A model generated the notes under the pieces. That model had not been told where the DNA came from. It did no database searches and saw only the letters and a program-made list of their open reading frames with translations. Positions 39,697 through 50,311 of a stretch of DNA of 64,000 nt are shown in pieces (the first letter of the stretch is position 1; the number at the start of each line of letters is the position of its first letter). A program made the position numbers and the translations under genes. Source of the stretch: Paracoccaceae bacterium (GTDB lineage: Bacteria > Pseudomonadota > Alphaproteobacteria > Rhodobacterales > Rhodobacteraceae); the NCBI GenBank assembly GCA_007694945.1, contig REER01000073.1, positions 70,364 to 134,363 of the forward strand, written 5' to 3'.

Positions 39697-40608
39697 ATGG
39701 CACAGACACTCAAGACCCCGATCGCCGGGTTGCACCATGTCACGGCCATTTCAGGCCCAGCGCAGGAGAACCTCGATTTCTACACGCGCGTGATGCAGAC
39801 GCGGCTGATCAAGCAGACCGTCAATTTCGACGCGCCCGAGATGTATCACCTTTACTATGGCGCAGAAGATGCGCGACCGGGTTCGATACTGACCTTCTTC
39901 AATCGTGAGGAACGCGGGCAGGGTCAGGCGGGTGTCGGTGCGGCGCTGGGCTTTGCCTATGCGGTCCATCCAGAAGCGCTGGCGGAATGGCAGGGACGGC
40001 TGAGTGGCGAGATTTCTGAGCGGTTCGGGGCGCACGTTTTGAGCCTGCGCGATCCGCATGGGCAAGCGTTCGAGCTTTTGACCGATGATAGTGCCGGGCC
40101 TTGGGGGGTGTTTCATTCGGTGACGCTCTGGGTGGGTGATCCGGAGCCGACTGCAGAGATCCTGAAAGATGTGTTCGGCTACGCCTTCGCGGGCGAGGTG
40201 AGTGAGCCTGGTGGTCGACGCTTGCGCTATGTGCTGCCTGGCGATGCGCCGGGGCGAGTGCTGGATCTGTGGCAGGCAGATGTTTCGGTCAGGGCGCGTC
40301 CCGGACCCGGGACGATCCACCATGTCGCCTTTCGGGCGCGAGATGAGGCCCATCAGACCGCGTTGCGCAACGCACTCCTGGAGCGGGGAGAGAAGGTCAC
40401 CGAGGCAAAGGACCGGCAATATTTCAAGGCCATCTATTTCCGCGAGCCGGGTGGAGTGCTGTTCGAGATCGCAACCGATGGGCCGGGGTTCGATGTGGAT
40501 GAGCCGATGGCGCAACTCGGCGCGTCGCTTAAGCTACCGCCGCAATATGAACCGCTCCGTGCCGAGATCGAAGCCAGCTTGCCGCCGCTTGTGAGCGAGA
40601 GCGTGTAA
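39697..40608 (+). CDS. VOC-superfamily ring-cleaving dioxygenase-like protein (two glyoxalase domains)
   Basis: Track ORF 39676..40608, trimmed to the ATG after AAGGAGG. It contains GLHHVTAISGPAQENLDFY and IHHVAFRA...YFKAIYFREPGGVLFEIATD. Confidence 0.75.
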   Translation: MAQTLKTPIAGLHHVTAISGPAQENLDFYTRVMQTRLIKQTVNFDAPEMYHLYYGAEDARPGSILTFFNREERGQGQAGVGAALGFAYAVHPEALAEWQGRLSGEISERFGAHVLSLRDPHGQAFELLTDDSAGPWGVFHSVTLWVGDPEPTAEILKDVFGYAFAGEVSEPGGRRLRYVLPGDAPGRVLDLWQADVSVRARPGPGTIHHVAFRARDEAHQTALRNALLERGEKVTEAKDRQYFKAIYFREPGGVLFEIATDGPGFDVDEPMAQLGASLKLPPQYEPLRAEIEASLPPLVSESV

Positions 40609-40674
40609 AGCTCGCTGTCGCCCCGCTAAACCGGCGCTCCATGCATATTAGGATAACATGAATAGGGTGCGTGT

Positions 40675-40716
40675 AAATAAAAAGACCCCGGTTGACGCCG
40701 GGGTCTTTCGTTTTGG
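40675..40716. terminator. Bidirectional rho-independent terminator between the VOC dioxygenase gene and pnp
   Basis: It has an 11-bp perfect stem (AAAGACCCCGG / CCGGGGTCTTT, 40681..40691 and 40698..40708) and a 6-nt loop. An A-run lies upstream and a T-run (TTTCGTTTT) downstream, so it can work on both strands. Confidence 0.75.
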
Positions 40717-40730
40717 TTCGCTATCAGAGC

Positions 40731-42860
40731 TTACTCGGCTTTCTCTGGAGCAATCTCTTCGCCGGTCTCCTGATCGACCATCTTCATGGCCAGCCGGACC
40801 TTGCCCCGGTCGTCGAACCCCAGCAGCTTCACCTTGACCTCTTGCCCCTCTTTCAGAACGTCGGAGGGGTGGTTCAGGCGGCGGTTCTCGATCTGGCTGA
40901 CATGCACCAGACCATCGCGCTTGCCGAAGAAGTTCACGAAGGCGCCGAAATCCACCAGCTTTACGACGCGGCCAGTGTAGATCTGGCCAACTTCGGGTTC
41001 GGCCACGATGGAATAGATCATGTCATAGGCCTTCTTGATGGCCTCCTGATCGTTCGAGGCGATCTTGATGATGCCATCATCGTTGATATCGACCTTGGCG
41101 CCCGACACCTCGACGATCTCGCGGATGACCTTGCCACCCGTGCCGATCACTTCGCGGATCTTGTCGGTCGGCACCTGCATCGTCTCGATCTTGGGGGCAT
41201 ACTGGCTGAAACCTTGCGGCGCGCTCAGCGCCTTGTTCATCTCAGCCAGGATGTGCAGGCGCCCATCCTTGGCCTGTGCCAGCGCCTGTTCCATGATTTC
41301 GAAGGTGATGCCCGCGACCTTGATATCCATCTGAAGCGAGGTGATCCCGCCTTCGGTTCCGGCGACCTTGAAATCCATGTCGCCCAGGTGATCCTCGTCG
41401 CCCAGAATGTCGGTCAGGACGGCGAAGCGCCCGTCATCTTCCAGGATCAGACCCATCGCCACACCGGCGACCGGCGCTTTCAGCGGCACGCCTGCATCCA
41501 TCATCGACAGCGAGCCGCCGCAGACCGTGGCCATGGAGCTGGAACCGTTGGATTCCGTGATCTCGGACACAACGCGGATCGTGTAGGGGAAATCCGTCGC
41601 GGCCGGAAGCACGGCCTGCAATGCCCGCCATGCCAGTTTGCCATGGCCGACTTCGCGCCGTCCCGGCGGGCCGACGCGGCCCACTTCACCGACCGAATAC
41701 GGGGGGAAGTTGTAATGCAGCAGGAAGCTGGATTTGGAGGTGCCGGTCAGCGCGTCGATGAACTGTTCGTCATCGCCGGTGCCCAGCGTGGTCACGCTCA
41801 GCGCCTGTGTCTCGCCGCGGGTGAAGAGCGCCGAGCCGTGCGTGCGGGGCAGGATGCCGGTTTCCGCGACGATGGGGCGGACGGTTGTGGTGTCGCGCCC
41901 GTCCACGCGGGGCTCGCCATTCACGATGGCGCCGCGCAGGATCGAGGCTTCGAGCTTCTTGATCGCCGATCCGAGATTTTCGTCGGCAAGCTGCTCTTCG
42001 CTCAGCGCGGCCTTGATCGCGTCGCGCGCGGCGGAAATGGCCGTCACCCGCTCTTGCTTGTCGCGCAGGGCAAAGGCCGCGCGCATCAGCGGCTCTCCCG
42101 CGGCTTTGACGGCTGCATACAGATCGGAATAATCCGGCGGGGTGAAGTCGAACGGCTCTTTCGCCGCGTCTTCGGCCAGGTCGATGATCAGGTCGATCAC
42201 GGGCTGATAGCTTTCATGCGCGAATTTCACGGCACCCAGCATCTCGGCCTCGGTCAGCTCATAGGCTTCCGATTCCACCATCATGACAGCATCGCGTGTG
42301 CCCGCGACCACCAAGTCCAGGCGCTGCTCGGCATTCTCGCGCAGCTTTTCCATGTCCTGGCATTCAGGGTTCAGCACGTATTCGCCATCGACAAAGCCCA
42401 CACGCGCAGCACCGATCGGACCCATGAAGGGCACGCCGGAAAGTGTCAGCGCCGCCGAGGCCGCGATCATCGCGACCATATCGGGCTCATTGACCAGATC
42501 GTGGGACAGGACGGTGCACATGACCAGCACTTCATGCTTGAAGCCATCGACGAACAGGGGCCGCAGCGGTCGGTCGATCAGGCGCGAGGTCAGGGTTTCC
42601 TTGTCCGAGGGCCGTGCCTCGCGCTTCAGGAAACCGCCGGGGATCTTGCCCGCGGCATAGGTCTTTTCCTGATAATGAACTGTCAGCGGGAAGAAATCCT
42701 GCCCGGGCTTTGCCGCCTTGGCGAAGGTCACATTGGCCATGACCGTGGTGTCGCCCAGCGTGGCGATGACCGAACCGTCCGACTGACGGGCAACCTTGCC
42801 CGTTTCCAGTGTGAGCGTCTCTTCGCCCCACTGGATGGATTTTTTGGTGATATTGAACAT
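40731..42860 (-). CDS. pnp: Polyribonucleotide nucleotidyltransferase (PNPase)
   Basis: Track ORF 40731..42953, trimmed to [26 protein letters not shown]. It has two RNase PH domains and C-terminal KH and S1 domains ([18 protein letters not shown]). Confidence 0.95.
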   Translation of the reverse strand: MFNITKKSIQWGEETLTLETGKVARQSDGSVIATLGDTTVMANVTFAKAAKPGQDFFPLTVHYQEKTYAAGKIPGGFLKREARPSDKETLTSRLIDRPLRPLFVDGFKHEVLVMCTVLSHDLVNEPDMVAMIAASAALTLSGVPFMGPIGAARVGFVDGEYVLNPECQDMEKLRENAEQRLDLVVAGTRDAVMMVESEAYELTEAEMLGAVKFAHESYQPVIDLIIDLAEDAAKEPFDFTPPDYSDLYAAVKAAGEPLMRAAFALRDKQERVTAISAARDAIKAALSEEQLADENLGSAIKKLEASILRGAIVNGEPRVDGRDTTTVRPIVAETGILPRTHGSALFTRGETQALSVTTLGTGDDEQFIDALTGTSKSSFLLHYNFPPYSVGEVGRVGPPGRREVGHGKLAWRALQAVLPAATDFPYTIRVVSEITESNGSSSMATVCGGSLSMMDAGVPLKAPVAGVAMGLILEDDGRFAVLTDILGDEDHLGDMDFKVAGTEGGITSLQMDIKVAGITFEIMEQALAQAKDGRLHILAEMNKALSAPQGFSQYAPKIETMQVPTDKIREVIGTGGKVIREIVEVSGAKVDINDDGIIKIASNDQEAIKKAYDMIYSIVAEPEVGQIYTGRVVKLVDFGAFVNFFGKRDGLVHVSQIENRRLNHPSDVLKEGQEVKVKLLGFDDRGKVRLAMKMVDQETGEEIAPEKAE

Positions 42861-43008
42861 TCTCAGCGTATCCTCAAGGAAAGCGCCAGCCCTCTGGACT
42901 TTCCGGGTTGCATGGCGGCCCCATTGCCGCCGACCCCAATCATCACGCATCACGCCGGGGTCAAAGCGTCACGTCTCAGATGCGCGGCGAATACAGGAAA
43001 ACCGGGGA

Positions 43009-43042
43009 TAAGAAAAGCGGGAAAGCCTGTGGCTCTCCCGCT
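43009..43042 (-). terminator. Rho-independent terminator downstream of ahcY
   Basis: The hairpin spans 43016..43042 (AGCGGGAAAGCC TGT GGCTCTCCCGCT), a 12-bp stem with one mismatch. On the minus strand it is followed by TTTTCT. Confidence 0.6.
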
Positions 43043-43063
43043 TATCAGATTTCTGAACAGGGT

Positions 43064-44455
43064 TCAGTAGCGGTAGTGATCCGACTTGAATGGCCCTTCG
43101 ACCGCCACGCCGATATAGTCCGCCTGATCTTTCTCCAACTCGGTCAGCTTCACGCCGATGCGCTCAAGATGCAGGCGGGCGACCTTTTCATCCAGATGCT
43201 TGGGCAGGATATAGACGCCCGGCGCATATTCCGCGCCCTTGGTCCACAACTCGATCTGCGCCAGCACCTGATTGGTGAAGCTTGCCGACATCACAAAGCT
43301 GGGATGGCCGGTTGCGTTGCCGAGGTTCAGCAGGCGGCCCTGGCTGAGCAGGATCATGCGATTGCCCGACGGCATCTCGATCATGTCCACCTGATCCTTG
43401 ATGTTGGTCCATTTGTGGTTCTTGAGGGCGGCCACCTGAATTTCGTTGTCGAAATGGCCGATATTGCCGACAATCGCCATGTCCTTCATCTCGCGCATGT
43501 GCTCGAGGCGAATCACGTCCTTGTTGCCGGTCGTGGTGATGAAGATATCGGCGGTGCTGACCACATCTTCCAGGGTTGTCACCTGATAGCCGTCCATCGC
43601 CGCCTGCAGCGCGCAGATCGGGTCGATCTCGGTCACGACAACGCGCGCGCCCGCCCCCGAGAGCGACGCGGCCGAGCCCTTGCCCACATCGCCATAGCCA
43701 CAGACCACCGCGACCTTGCCCGCGAGCATGGTGTCGGTGGCGCGGCGGATGCCGTCCACCAGAGATTCCTTGCAGCCATACTTGTTGTCGAATTTCGACT
43801 TGGTGACGCTGTCATTGACGTTGATGGCGGGGAAGGGCAGCAGACCTTTCTTGTGCAGTTCGTAGAGGCGATGCACGCCGGTCGTGGTTTCCTCAGACAC
43901 GCCTTGGATCAGGTCGCGCTGGCGCGTGAACCAGCCGGGGCTTTGCTCCAACCGCTTGCGAATCTGCGCGAAGAGATATTCCTCCTCCTCGCTGGTCGGC
44001 ACGGCGATCAAGTCCGTCTCGCCAGCCTCGACCCGTGCGCCCATCAGGATGTAGAGCGTGGCATCACCGCCATCATCAAGGATCATGTTGGCGCCCTCGG
44101 GGAACTGGAATATCTGGTCGGTATAGGCCCAATATTCCTCCAGTGTTTCGCCCTTGATGGCGAAGACCGGGGTGCCGCCCTCGGCAATCGCGGCAGCGGC
44201 GTGGTCCTGCGTGGAATAGATATTGCACGAGGCCCAGCGGACATGGGCGCCCAGAGCGACAAGCGTTTCGATCAGCACGGCGGTCTGGATCGTCATGTGT
44301 AACGAGCCCGCAATCCGCGCACCCTTTAGTGGCTGGGTGCCGCCAAACTCTGCGCGCAGCGCCATCAGGCCGGGCATCTCGGTTTCGGCAATCGCAATTT
44401 CCTTGCGACCAAACTCGGCCAACGAAAGGTCGCGGATAATGAAGTCTCTGGGCAT
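43064..44455 (-). CDS. ahcY: Adenosylhomocysteinase
   Basis: Track ORF 43064..44476, trimmed to [31 protein letters not shown]. It contains [10 protein letters not shown] and ends in the tail ...FKSDHYRY. Confidence 0.95.
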   Translation of the reverse strand: MPRDFIIRDLSLAEFGRKEIAIAETEMPGLMALRAEFGGTQPLKGARIAGSLHMTIQTAVLIETLVALGAHVRWASCNIYSTQDHAAAAIAEGGTPVFAIKGETLEEYWAYTDQIFQFPEGANMILDDGGDATLYILMGARVEAGETDLIAVPTSEEEEYLFAQIRKRLEQSPGWFTRQRDLIQGVSEETTTGVHRLYELHKKGLLPFPAINVNDSVTKSKFDNKYGCKESLVDGIRRATDTMLAGKVAVVCGYGDVGKGSAASLSGAGARVVVTEIDPICALQAAMDGYQVTTLEDVVSTADIFITTTGNKDVIRLEHMREMKDMAIVGNIGHFDNEIQVAALKNHKWTNIKDQVDMIEMPSGNRMILLSQGRLLNLGNATGHPSFVMSASFTNQVLAQIELWTKGAEYAPGVYILPKHLDEKVARLHLERIGVKLTELEKDQADYIGVAVEGPFKSDHYRY

Positions 44456-44615
44456 CGAAGATGCTCCCTGATGCAATTCGTGTCGCTCCCGCAGATAGCA
44501 TCCGCCCCGATAACAGGCAAGGCAGCAGCCTGTTATTGGCTGACGGGCTTGTCATGTTCAAACATCTGCCTTTGCAGTTGTCGTCACTGATTTGATCTGC
44601 GAAACTCACGTGAAT

Positions 44616-46454
44616 ATGCAAGGCGGGTTTGCAGTGTCCAATTGTTCCATAGGTAAACCGGGCGTCTGGTCCCCGCTCGGGGCGGCTGCGTTGTTTCTGG
44701 CTGCAACGGTTGTGCCTGCGCAGGCCTTCGATGCGCTTCAAATCCGGTTTCAAGGCGAGGATTCATCTCTTGAGACGGAGCTGAAGCGCGCCTCTTTGCT
44801 GCAAGCAGCGAAGGATGAGGAGGTGATTGACGCTTTCGAGGTGTTCACCATTGCGCGTGCCGAATACGGGCAGTTGATCGGAATCTTCTACGAGGCAGGG
44901 TTTTACGCGCCCGAGATCTCGGTGCGGATCGATGGGCGCGAAGCAGCGGACATTTCGCCGCTGGCGCCCCCGGAACGAATTGGAGAGATCGTGCTGACAC
45001 TGGAGCCAGGGCCGGCTTTTGTCTTTGGTCAGACCCAGATGGGGCCACTGGCGGCAGGCGCGGAATTGCCGCCTGCCTTTGCGCGTGGCAGACCCGCGCG
45101 CAGTACAGCGATCCGCGACGCTGCAGGTCAAGCCGTCGATAGCTGGCGCGAGCAGGGCCATGCCAAGGCTGAGCCGGTTGAGCAGGCGATCACGGCGCGG
45201 CACCCGCCAGGGGAACTGGATGTGGATGTGGAAATCGCCCCCGGGCCGCGCCTGCGCTTTGGCCAGTTGCGCCCCGACGGACAGGTACGCACACGCCCTG
45301 CCCGGATCGTTAAGATTGCCGGTCTGCCCGGGGGCGAGGTGTTCTCGCCGCGCGATGTGCAGCGCGCAGCCGAGCGGCTGCGGCGGACCGGCACTTTCGC
45401 CTCGGTAGCCTTGCGAGAGGCCGATGAGGCCAACCCAGATGGTACGCTCGATATCGACGCCTCGGTAGTCGAGGCGCCCTTGCGCCGGATTGGGGCGGGG
45501 CTCGAATACGATACCGAGAGCGGAGGCAAATTCACCGCCTTCTGGCTGCATCGCAACCTGCTAGGCGGGGCAGAGCGGTTCCGGGTCGAAGGCATGATCG
45601 GAGGTCTGGGCGCGCGCTCGGGCAAGCTCGACTATCGGCTTGGCGCCGAGTTCTCGCGCCCGGCAACCTTTACGCCCGACACGACACTCAATCTTGGCGC
45701 CTATATCGAGACCGAGCGCGAGAGCGATTTCGATGCCCGCCGACTCCGTGCCGATGTGGGGCTGGAGAACCGCTTCAGCGACGAGTTGACCTTCGGCGGC
45801 GGTGTCGGCGTGCTGCTGGAGCGCGCCGATTTTGGCCCGGGCCTGAGTATCCGGCGCGACTACCAGTTGCTGCTGCTACCGCTGCATGTGACATGGGATC
45901 GGCGTGATGATGAAGGCTCGCCGACACGCGGGTTTTACGTTCGCAGTGAGATGACGCCATTCTACGGGCTCAGGGATTCCGACAGCGGCGCGCGCAGCCT
46001 GACCGACTTGCGGGCTTATCGCAGCTTTGATGATGACGGGCGCGTGGTCTTGGCCGGCCGGGCGCAGCTTGGTGGTATTATCGGCGCCTCGCTCGACGGC
46101 ACGCCGCGCGATTTCCTGTTTTATTCGGGTGGTGGCGGGACCGTGCGAGGCCAGCCTTTCCGCTCGTTGGGTGTGACCTCAGGCGGTGTGGATTCGGGTG
46201 GACGCGGTTTTGCGGCTCTTTCGGCCGAGGTCCGGGTGCGTACCTCCGACACCTTGGGCGTGGTGGCCTTTGCGGATGCGGGTTATGTCTCGGACGGGCT
46301 TTTCACCGGAAGTTCCGATTGGCATGCGGGCGCGGGGCTTGGGGTGCGTTACGACACTGTCGTGGGTCCGCTGCGGTTTGATGTGGGCTATCCGGTGCGC
46401 GGCGCAACCGGGCGGGGTTTCCAGCTTTACCTTGGGATCGGGCAGGCCTTCTGA
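44616..46454 (+). CDS. tamA: Outer-membrane translocation and assembly module subunit TamA (Omp85/BamA family)
   Basis: It has a signal peptide ending AQAFD, POTRA-like repeats and a C-terminal beta-barrel ending ...LYLGIGQAF. It is followed by tamB with a TGATG overlap. Confidence 0.8.
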   Translation: MQGGFAVSNCSIGKPGVWSPLGAAALFLAATVVPAQAFDALQIRFQGEDSSLETELKRASLLQAAKDEEVIDAFEVFTIARAEYGQLIGIFYEAGFYAPEISVRIDGREAADISPLAPPERIGEIVLTLEPGPAFVFGQTQMGPLAAGAELPPAFARGRPARSTAIRDAAGQAVDSWREQGHAKAEPVEQAITARHPPGELDVDVEIAPGPRLRFGQLRPDGQVRTRPARIVKIAGLPGGEVFSPRDVQRAAERLRRTGTFASVALREADEANPDGTLDIDASVVEAPLRRIGAGLEYDTESGGKFTAFWLHRNLLGGAERFRVEGMIGGLGARSGKLDYRLGAEFSRPATFTPDTTLNLGAYIETERESDFDARRLRADVGLENRFSDELTFGGGVGVLLERADFGPGLSIRRDYQLLLLPLHVTWDRRDDEGSPTRGFYVRSEMTPFYGLRDSDSGARSLTDLRAYRSFDDDGRVVLAGRAQLGGIIGASLDGTPRDFLFYSGGGGTVRGQPFRSLGVTSGGVDSGGRGFAALSAEVRVRTSDTLGVVAFADAGYVSDGLFTGSSDWHAGAGLGVRYDTVVGPLRFDVGYPVRGATGRGFQLYLGIGQAF

Positions 46455-49400
46455 TGCGGCTGCGGTCTTTTTTCCTCTGCGTTTTCTTTGCTATGCTGCT
46501 CGCGGCACCTGTTGCAAAGGCGCAGGGTTTTCTGAGCAATCTGCTGCCCGAGCGGGACGAGAGTGACGTGGGTTTTCTGACCCGATTGCTGCAGGAGAAC
46601 CTGTCAGCGGCGGGGCGCGATGTGCGGATTTCGGGCTTTCAGGGCGCGCTAAGGTCGCGTGCGACTTTTGAGGAACTGACCATCGCCGATGACGAGGGTG
46701 TGTGGCTGCGCATCGAGGGCGCGGCGATGCAGTGGAATCGTTCGGCCCTGCTCCAGCGCCGCATCGAGATTGCCGAACTGTCTGCCGAGCGTGTGACTGT
46801 GCTGCGCCCGCCGATATCCGAGCCGCGCGAGGAACTCGTGCCGCAAGCGCGGTTTGAATTGCCGGAACTGCCGGTATCGGTGATGCTGGACGTCCTGCAA
46901 TTAGAAGAGGTCATCCTGGGCGAGGCGCTCCTCGGCGAGGAGGTGCAGGCGCAGGTGAGCGGCACCGCGCGGCTGGCCGAAGGTACCGGCGAGGCGCGGT
47001 TAGCGATCAACCGGCTTGGCGAGATTGCCGGCCGGTTCGAGCTGGATGCGGGTTTTTCCAATGTTACCCGCATCTTGCGCCTGGATCTGCAAGCGGAAGA
47101 AGCGCCGGGTGGCCTTGCGGTCGAACTGCTTGGCATTCCCGACGCACCTTCAGCCAAGTTGGAGATCGACGGCGAGGGCCCGATCGAGACCTTTGCCGCC
47201 GATATCGCGCTTGCGACTGACGGCGAGCCACGTGTGGTGGGACGGTTCGAGTTGCAGACAGCCCTCCCGGGTGTGGCGCAGGCCGTGCGGCTGGAGCTTG
47301 GCGGCGATCTGCGCCCGCTGCTGCAAGAGGATTTCCATCCCTTCTTTGGAGCAGACAGCCGCTTGCAGGTAGAGGCGCAGCGCTTCGAGGATGGGCGACT
47401 GTCGCTTGACGAACTCGATATCCGCACCGAGAAACTCGCGCTGCTAGGGCGCATGGCACTTGGGGCGGACCAGTGGCCCGAACTGATCGACCTGCGCGGC
47501 GAAGTGGCCGCGCCGGATGGCGGGCGTGTTCTGCTACCGGTCGCGGGGGCCAGAACCAGTATCGAGCAGGCTGAATTGCGGTTGACCTTCGACGAGTCGG
47601 TCAGTGAGGACTGGGACCTTGTGCTCGATCTGCTGGGGTTCGAGAATCAGCAGTTTCAAGTGGAATCGCTCTTCTTGAATGGCCTCGGACGGATCTCTTC
47701 GCAGGGTTTTGGTGAGGATATCGACGTCATCGATGCGTTGATCGATTTTGCGGCGCTAGGTGTGCAGGCGCGTGACCCGGCACTCGCCGACGCGATCGGG
47801 CCTTCGGTGACAGGTTCTCTCGCCTTGCTGTGGCGTGACGGGCGGCCGCTGCTGCTGCCAGGCTTTCTGCTGGAGGGGCGGGATTACGCGCTCAACGGGC
47901 GCGCGCGGCTCGATGAGGGGGTTGTCTTCACCAATGTGCAGGCTGAGTTCCGCGAGATAGCGCGGCTTTCGGCGCTGGCGGGGCGTCCGCTGTCAGGGGC
48001 GGTGCGCGCGCAGGTCGATGCCACTCTCGGCCCCGAGCGCGACCGCTTCATGGTTGCCGCGGAGATCTCGGGGCAGGACCTGACACTCGACCAGACAGAG
48101 CTTGACCAGCTTCTGGAAGGGCGCAGCCAGATTACCCTTGATGCGCAGGGCGCAGATGGACAGATCCAACTGCACACGCTGGAGGCCACGGCGCGGACGC
48201 TGCGCGCCGACCTGAGCGGCACGGTATCGGAAGAACAGATCGACCTCTCCGGCGAAGTGGTTTTCGCAGATCTGGCGGTTCTGGGTGGGGATTTCGGCGG
48301 TGCGGTGGACGCGCAGATCTCGGTGCGCGGCGCGCTCGAGCGCGAACGTGTGCGGCTCGATGCCGTTGCGCGCAACCTGACAGTGGGTCAAGCCGAGGTC
48401 AACCGGCTGCTCCGTGGTGAGACGCGGCTTGCGCTGGCGGGTCAGCGAGATGGTGCGGCATTTGATCTGACCGCGCTGGAATTGCGCAACGCGGCGCTAA
48501 CGCTTGATGCTGACGGGCGCTATGAGGATGGCGCCTCGCGGCTGGAGGCGGATGTGGCGTTGCTTGATCTGGGGGCGCTGCGGCCCCGTTTTGGCGGCAC
48601 CATCCGCAGCACAATGCAGCTTGTCGAAGAGGGAACCGAGCGGCGTGTGACGCTGGACGCCAATGCGCAGGGGCTGCGTGTGGGCGTGGAACAGGTCGAT
48701 GCGTTGCTGGCCGGGCAGCATGATCTGAGCCTGCGCGTCACTCAGCGGCCCGAGGATATCCTGCTTGAAAGCCTGCGTCTGACCGGGCCGCAACTGGCGG
48801 CGACAGTCTCGGGGCAGATTGTCGGCGGGCGACCAGCATTGCAGATTGATGCGCGGCTGGCCAGTCTGGCAACACTCGTGCCCGGAATTCCCGGAGCAGT
48901 GACAGTTGCGGGCACTGCGCGCGGGCAGCAGGACGGTTATGCGCTGGACCTCGCGTTGAACGGGCCTGCAGGGGCGCAGGTGCAGGTGACAGGCAGCATC
49001 AGCAATGACCTGCGCGGCGATCTGCGCGCGGTTGGCAGTACCGACCTTGCGCTGATCAACCCGCGCCTGGAGCCGCGTTCGATTCAGGGACCGGCTCGGT
49101 TCGAGGCCTCTCTGGTCGGGCCGCTGAACCTGAATTCGGTAACCGGCACGGCTGAGGGCAGCGGGATTGCAGTGGTCGCGCCACAGCAGAATCTGCGCCT
49201 GACCGACATCACAGCGCAAGCGCAGCTTGCGAATGGGCAAGCGTCGATCGATGTTCGCGGCGATGCCTTTACCGGTGGACGTTTCGCGCTGCAGGGTGAT
49301 ATCGCGCTCGGCGCACCGATCACGGGCGATTTGCGTGGTCAGGTTGATCGGCTGCGCATCGTCGATCCGCAGCTTTTCGAGACCGAGGTATCGGGCAACC

Positions 49401-50302
49401 TCGCGATTACCGGTACCCTGACGCGCGGCCCGTCAATTTCCGGCGACCTGACGTTGGATCGCACCGAGATCCGCATTCCGCGCGTCGGGCTTGCCAGTCG
49501 TGGTTTCATTCCGCCGAATATCCAGCATCTCGGCGAAAGCCCTGGCTCGCGAATCACGCGCGAGCGGGCGGGCATTTTCGCGGGCGAGACGCATGGCCGC
49601 ACGCGCGTGCCCGCCTCGCTTGATCTCAGCATCGACGCGCCCAGCAGGATTTTCCTTCGTGGCCGGGGGCTGGATGCCGAGCTTGGCGGCTCACTGCGTC
49701 TGACAGGCACCACAGCCGATGTGATCCCGATTGGCCAGTTCGGACTGATCCGGGGACGGCTGGACCTTCTGGGCAACCGCTTCGTCCTGAACGAAGGCTT
49801 CGCCAGCCTGCAGGGCGATCTGGTGCCCTTCGTGCGGCTGGCCGCTTCGACCGAACGGGAGGGTGTTGTCGCAAGTGTGGTGTTGCAGGGCCGCGCGGAC
49901 GCGCCCGAGATCCTGTTCGAGTCCTCGCCTGAATTGCCACAGGAGGAAGTGGTCTCGCTGTTGCTGTTCGGGCGCGGATTCGAGACGCTCTCGTTGTTCC
50001 AGGCGGCGCAACTCGCCTCGTCGCTCGCAACACTTACAGGGCGCAGCGAAGGACTGATTGAACGCTTGCGGCGCAATGTTGGCCTCGATGACCTTGATGT
50101 GCGCACGGATGAGGATGGTGAAACCTCGCTTCGCCTTGGTCGGTATCTGACCGAGAATGTCTATACCGATGTCGAGTTGTCGCCGCAGGGTAAAAGCGAG
50201 CTGTCGATCAATATTGACCTGACATCGTCCGTAACCGCGCGTGGTCGGGTCGACAATCGGGGCCGCGCGAGTGTAGGTGTTTTCTTCGAACGCGATTACT
50301 GA
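46454..50302 (+). CDS. tamB: Translocation and assembly module subunit TamB (DUF490)
   Basis: The 1282-aa product has an N-terminal anchor (MRLRSFFLCVFFAMLLAAPVA), a long repetitive beta-rich body and a DUF490-like C-terminus. Confidence 0.8.
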   Translation: MRLRSFFLCVFFAMLLAAPVAKAQGFLSNLLPERDESDVGFLTRLLQENLSAAGRDVRISGFQGALRSRATFEELTIADDEGVWLRIEGAAMQWNRSALLQRRIEIAELSAERVTVLRPPISEPREELVPQARFELPELPVSVMLDVLQLEEVILGEALLGEEVQAQVSGTARLAEGTGEARLAINRLGEIAGRFELDAGFSNVTRILRLDLQAEEAPGGLAVELLGIPDAPSAKLEIDGEGPIETFAADIALATDGEPRVVGRFELQTALPGVAQAVRLELGGDLRPLLQEDFHPFFGADSRLQVEAQRFEDGRLSLDELDIRTEKLALLGRMALGADQWPELIDLRGEVAAPDGGRVLLPVAGARTSIEQAELRLTFDESVSEDWDLVLDLLGFENQQFQVESLFLNGLGRISSQGFGEDIDVIDALIDFAALGVQARDPALADAIGPSVTGSLALLWRDGRPLLLPGFLLEGRDYALNGRARLDEGVVFTNVQAEFREIARLSALAGRPLSGAVRAQVDATLGPERDRFMVAAEISGQDLTLDQTELDQLLEGRSQITLDAQGADGQIQLHTLEATARTLRADLSGTVSEEQIDLSGEVVFADLAVLGGDFGGAVDAQISVRGALERERVRLDAVARNLTVGQAEVNRLLRGETRLALAGQRDGAAFDLTALELRNAALTLDADGRYEDGASRLEADVALLDLGALRPRFGGTIRSTMQLVEEGTERRVTLDANAQGLRVGVEQVDALLAGQHDLSLRVTQRPEDILLESLRLTGPQLAATVSGQIVGGRPALQIDARLASLATLVPGIPGAVTVAGTARGQQDGYALDLALNGPAGAQVQVTGSISNDLRGDLRAVGSTDLALINPRLEPRSIQGPARFEASLVGPLNLNSVTGTAEGSGIAVVAPQQNLRLTDITAQAQLANGQASIDVRGDAFTGGRFALQGDIALGAPITGDLRGQVDRLRIVDPQLFETEVSGNLAITGTLTRGPSISGDLTLDRTEIRIPRVGLASRGFIPPNIQHLGESPGSRITRERAGIFAGETHGRTRVPASLDLSIDAPSRIFLRGRGLDAELGGSLRLTGTTADVIPIGQFGLIRGRLDLLGNRFVLNEGFASLQGDLVPFVRLAASTEREGVVASVVLQGRADAPEILFESSPELPQEEVVSLLLFGRGFETLSLFQAAQLASSLATLTGRSEGLIERLRRNVGLDDLDVRTDEDGETSLRLGRYLTENVYTDVELSPQGKSELSINIDLTSSVTARGRVDNRGRASVGVFFERDY

Positions 50303-50311
50303 GAGGCGGCG

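Noticed and set aside
40692-43070. A 792-aa ORF on the plus strand, the longest unassigned ORF in the track.
   Set aside because: It lies exactly antisense to pnp, and its translation is a low-complexity string rich in R, G, A, D and H with no recognisable motifs. Long stop-free antisense frames are expected opposite highly expressed genes at this G+C. The same holds for 42908..44302 (antisense to ahcY), 9436..10557 (aspS), 28279..29163 (recQ), 24452..25387 (aminotransferase), 21403..22350 and 20533..21255 (TRAP region), 13415..14356 (fadH), 49691..50752 (tamB/SDR) and 39751..40515 (VOC dioxygenase gene).
44456-44600. A possible SAH riboswitch in the ahcY 5' leader, which contains a 9-bp hairpin (ATAACAGGC...GCCTGTTAT).
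   Set aside because: I cannot find the conserved SAH-riboswitch core strings as I remember them (GAGGAGCGCUGC... and ...AACGGCGCUCAC). From memory, that class is mainly beta- and gammaproteobacterial. An Rfam scan would settle it. I treat the hairpin as unassigned.
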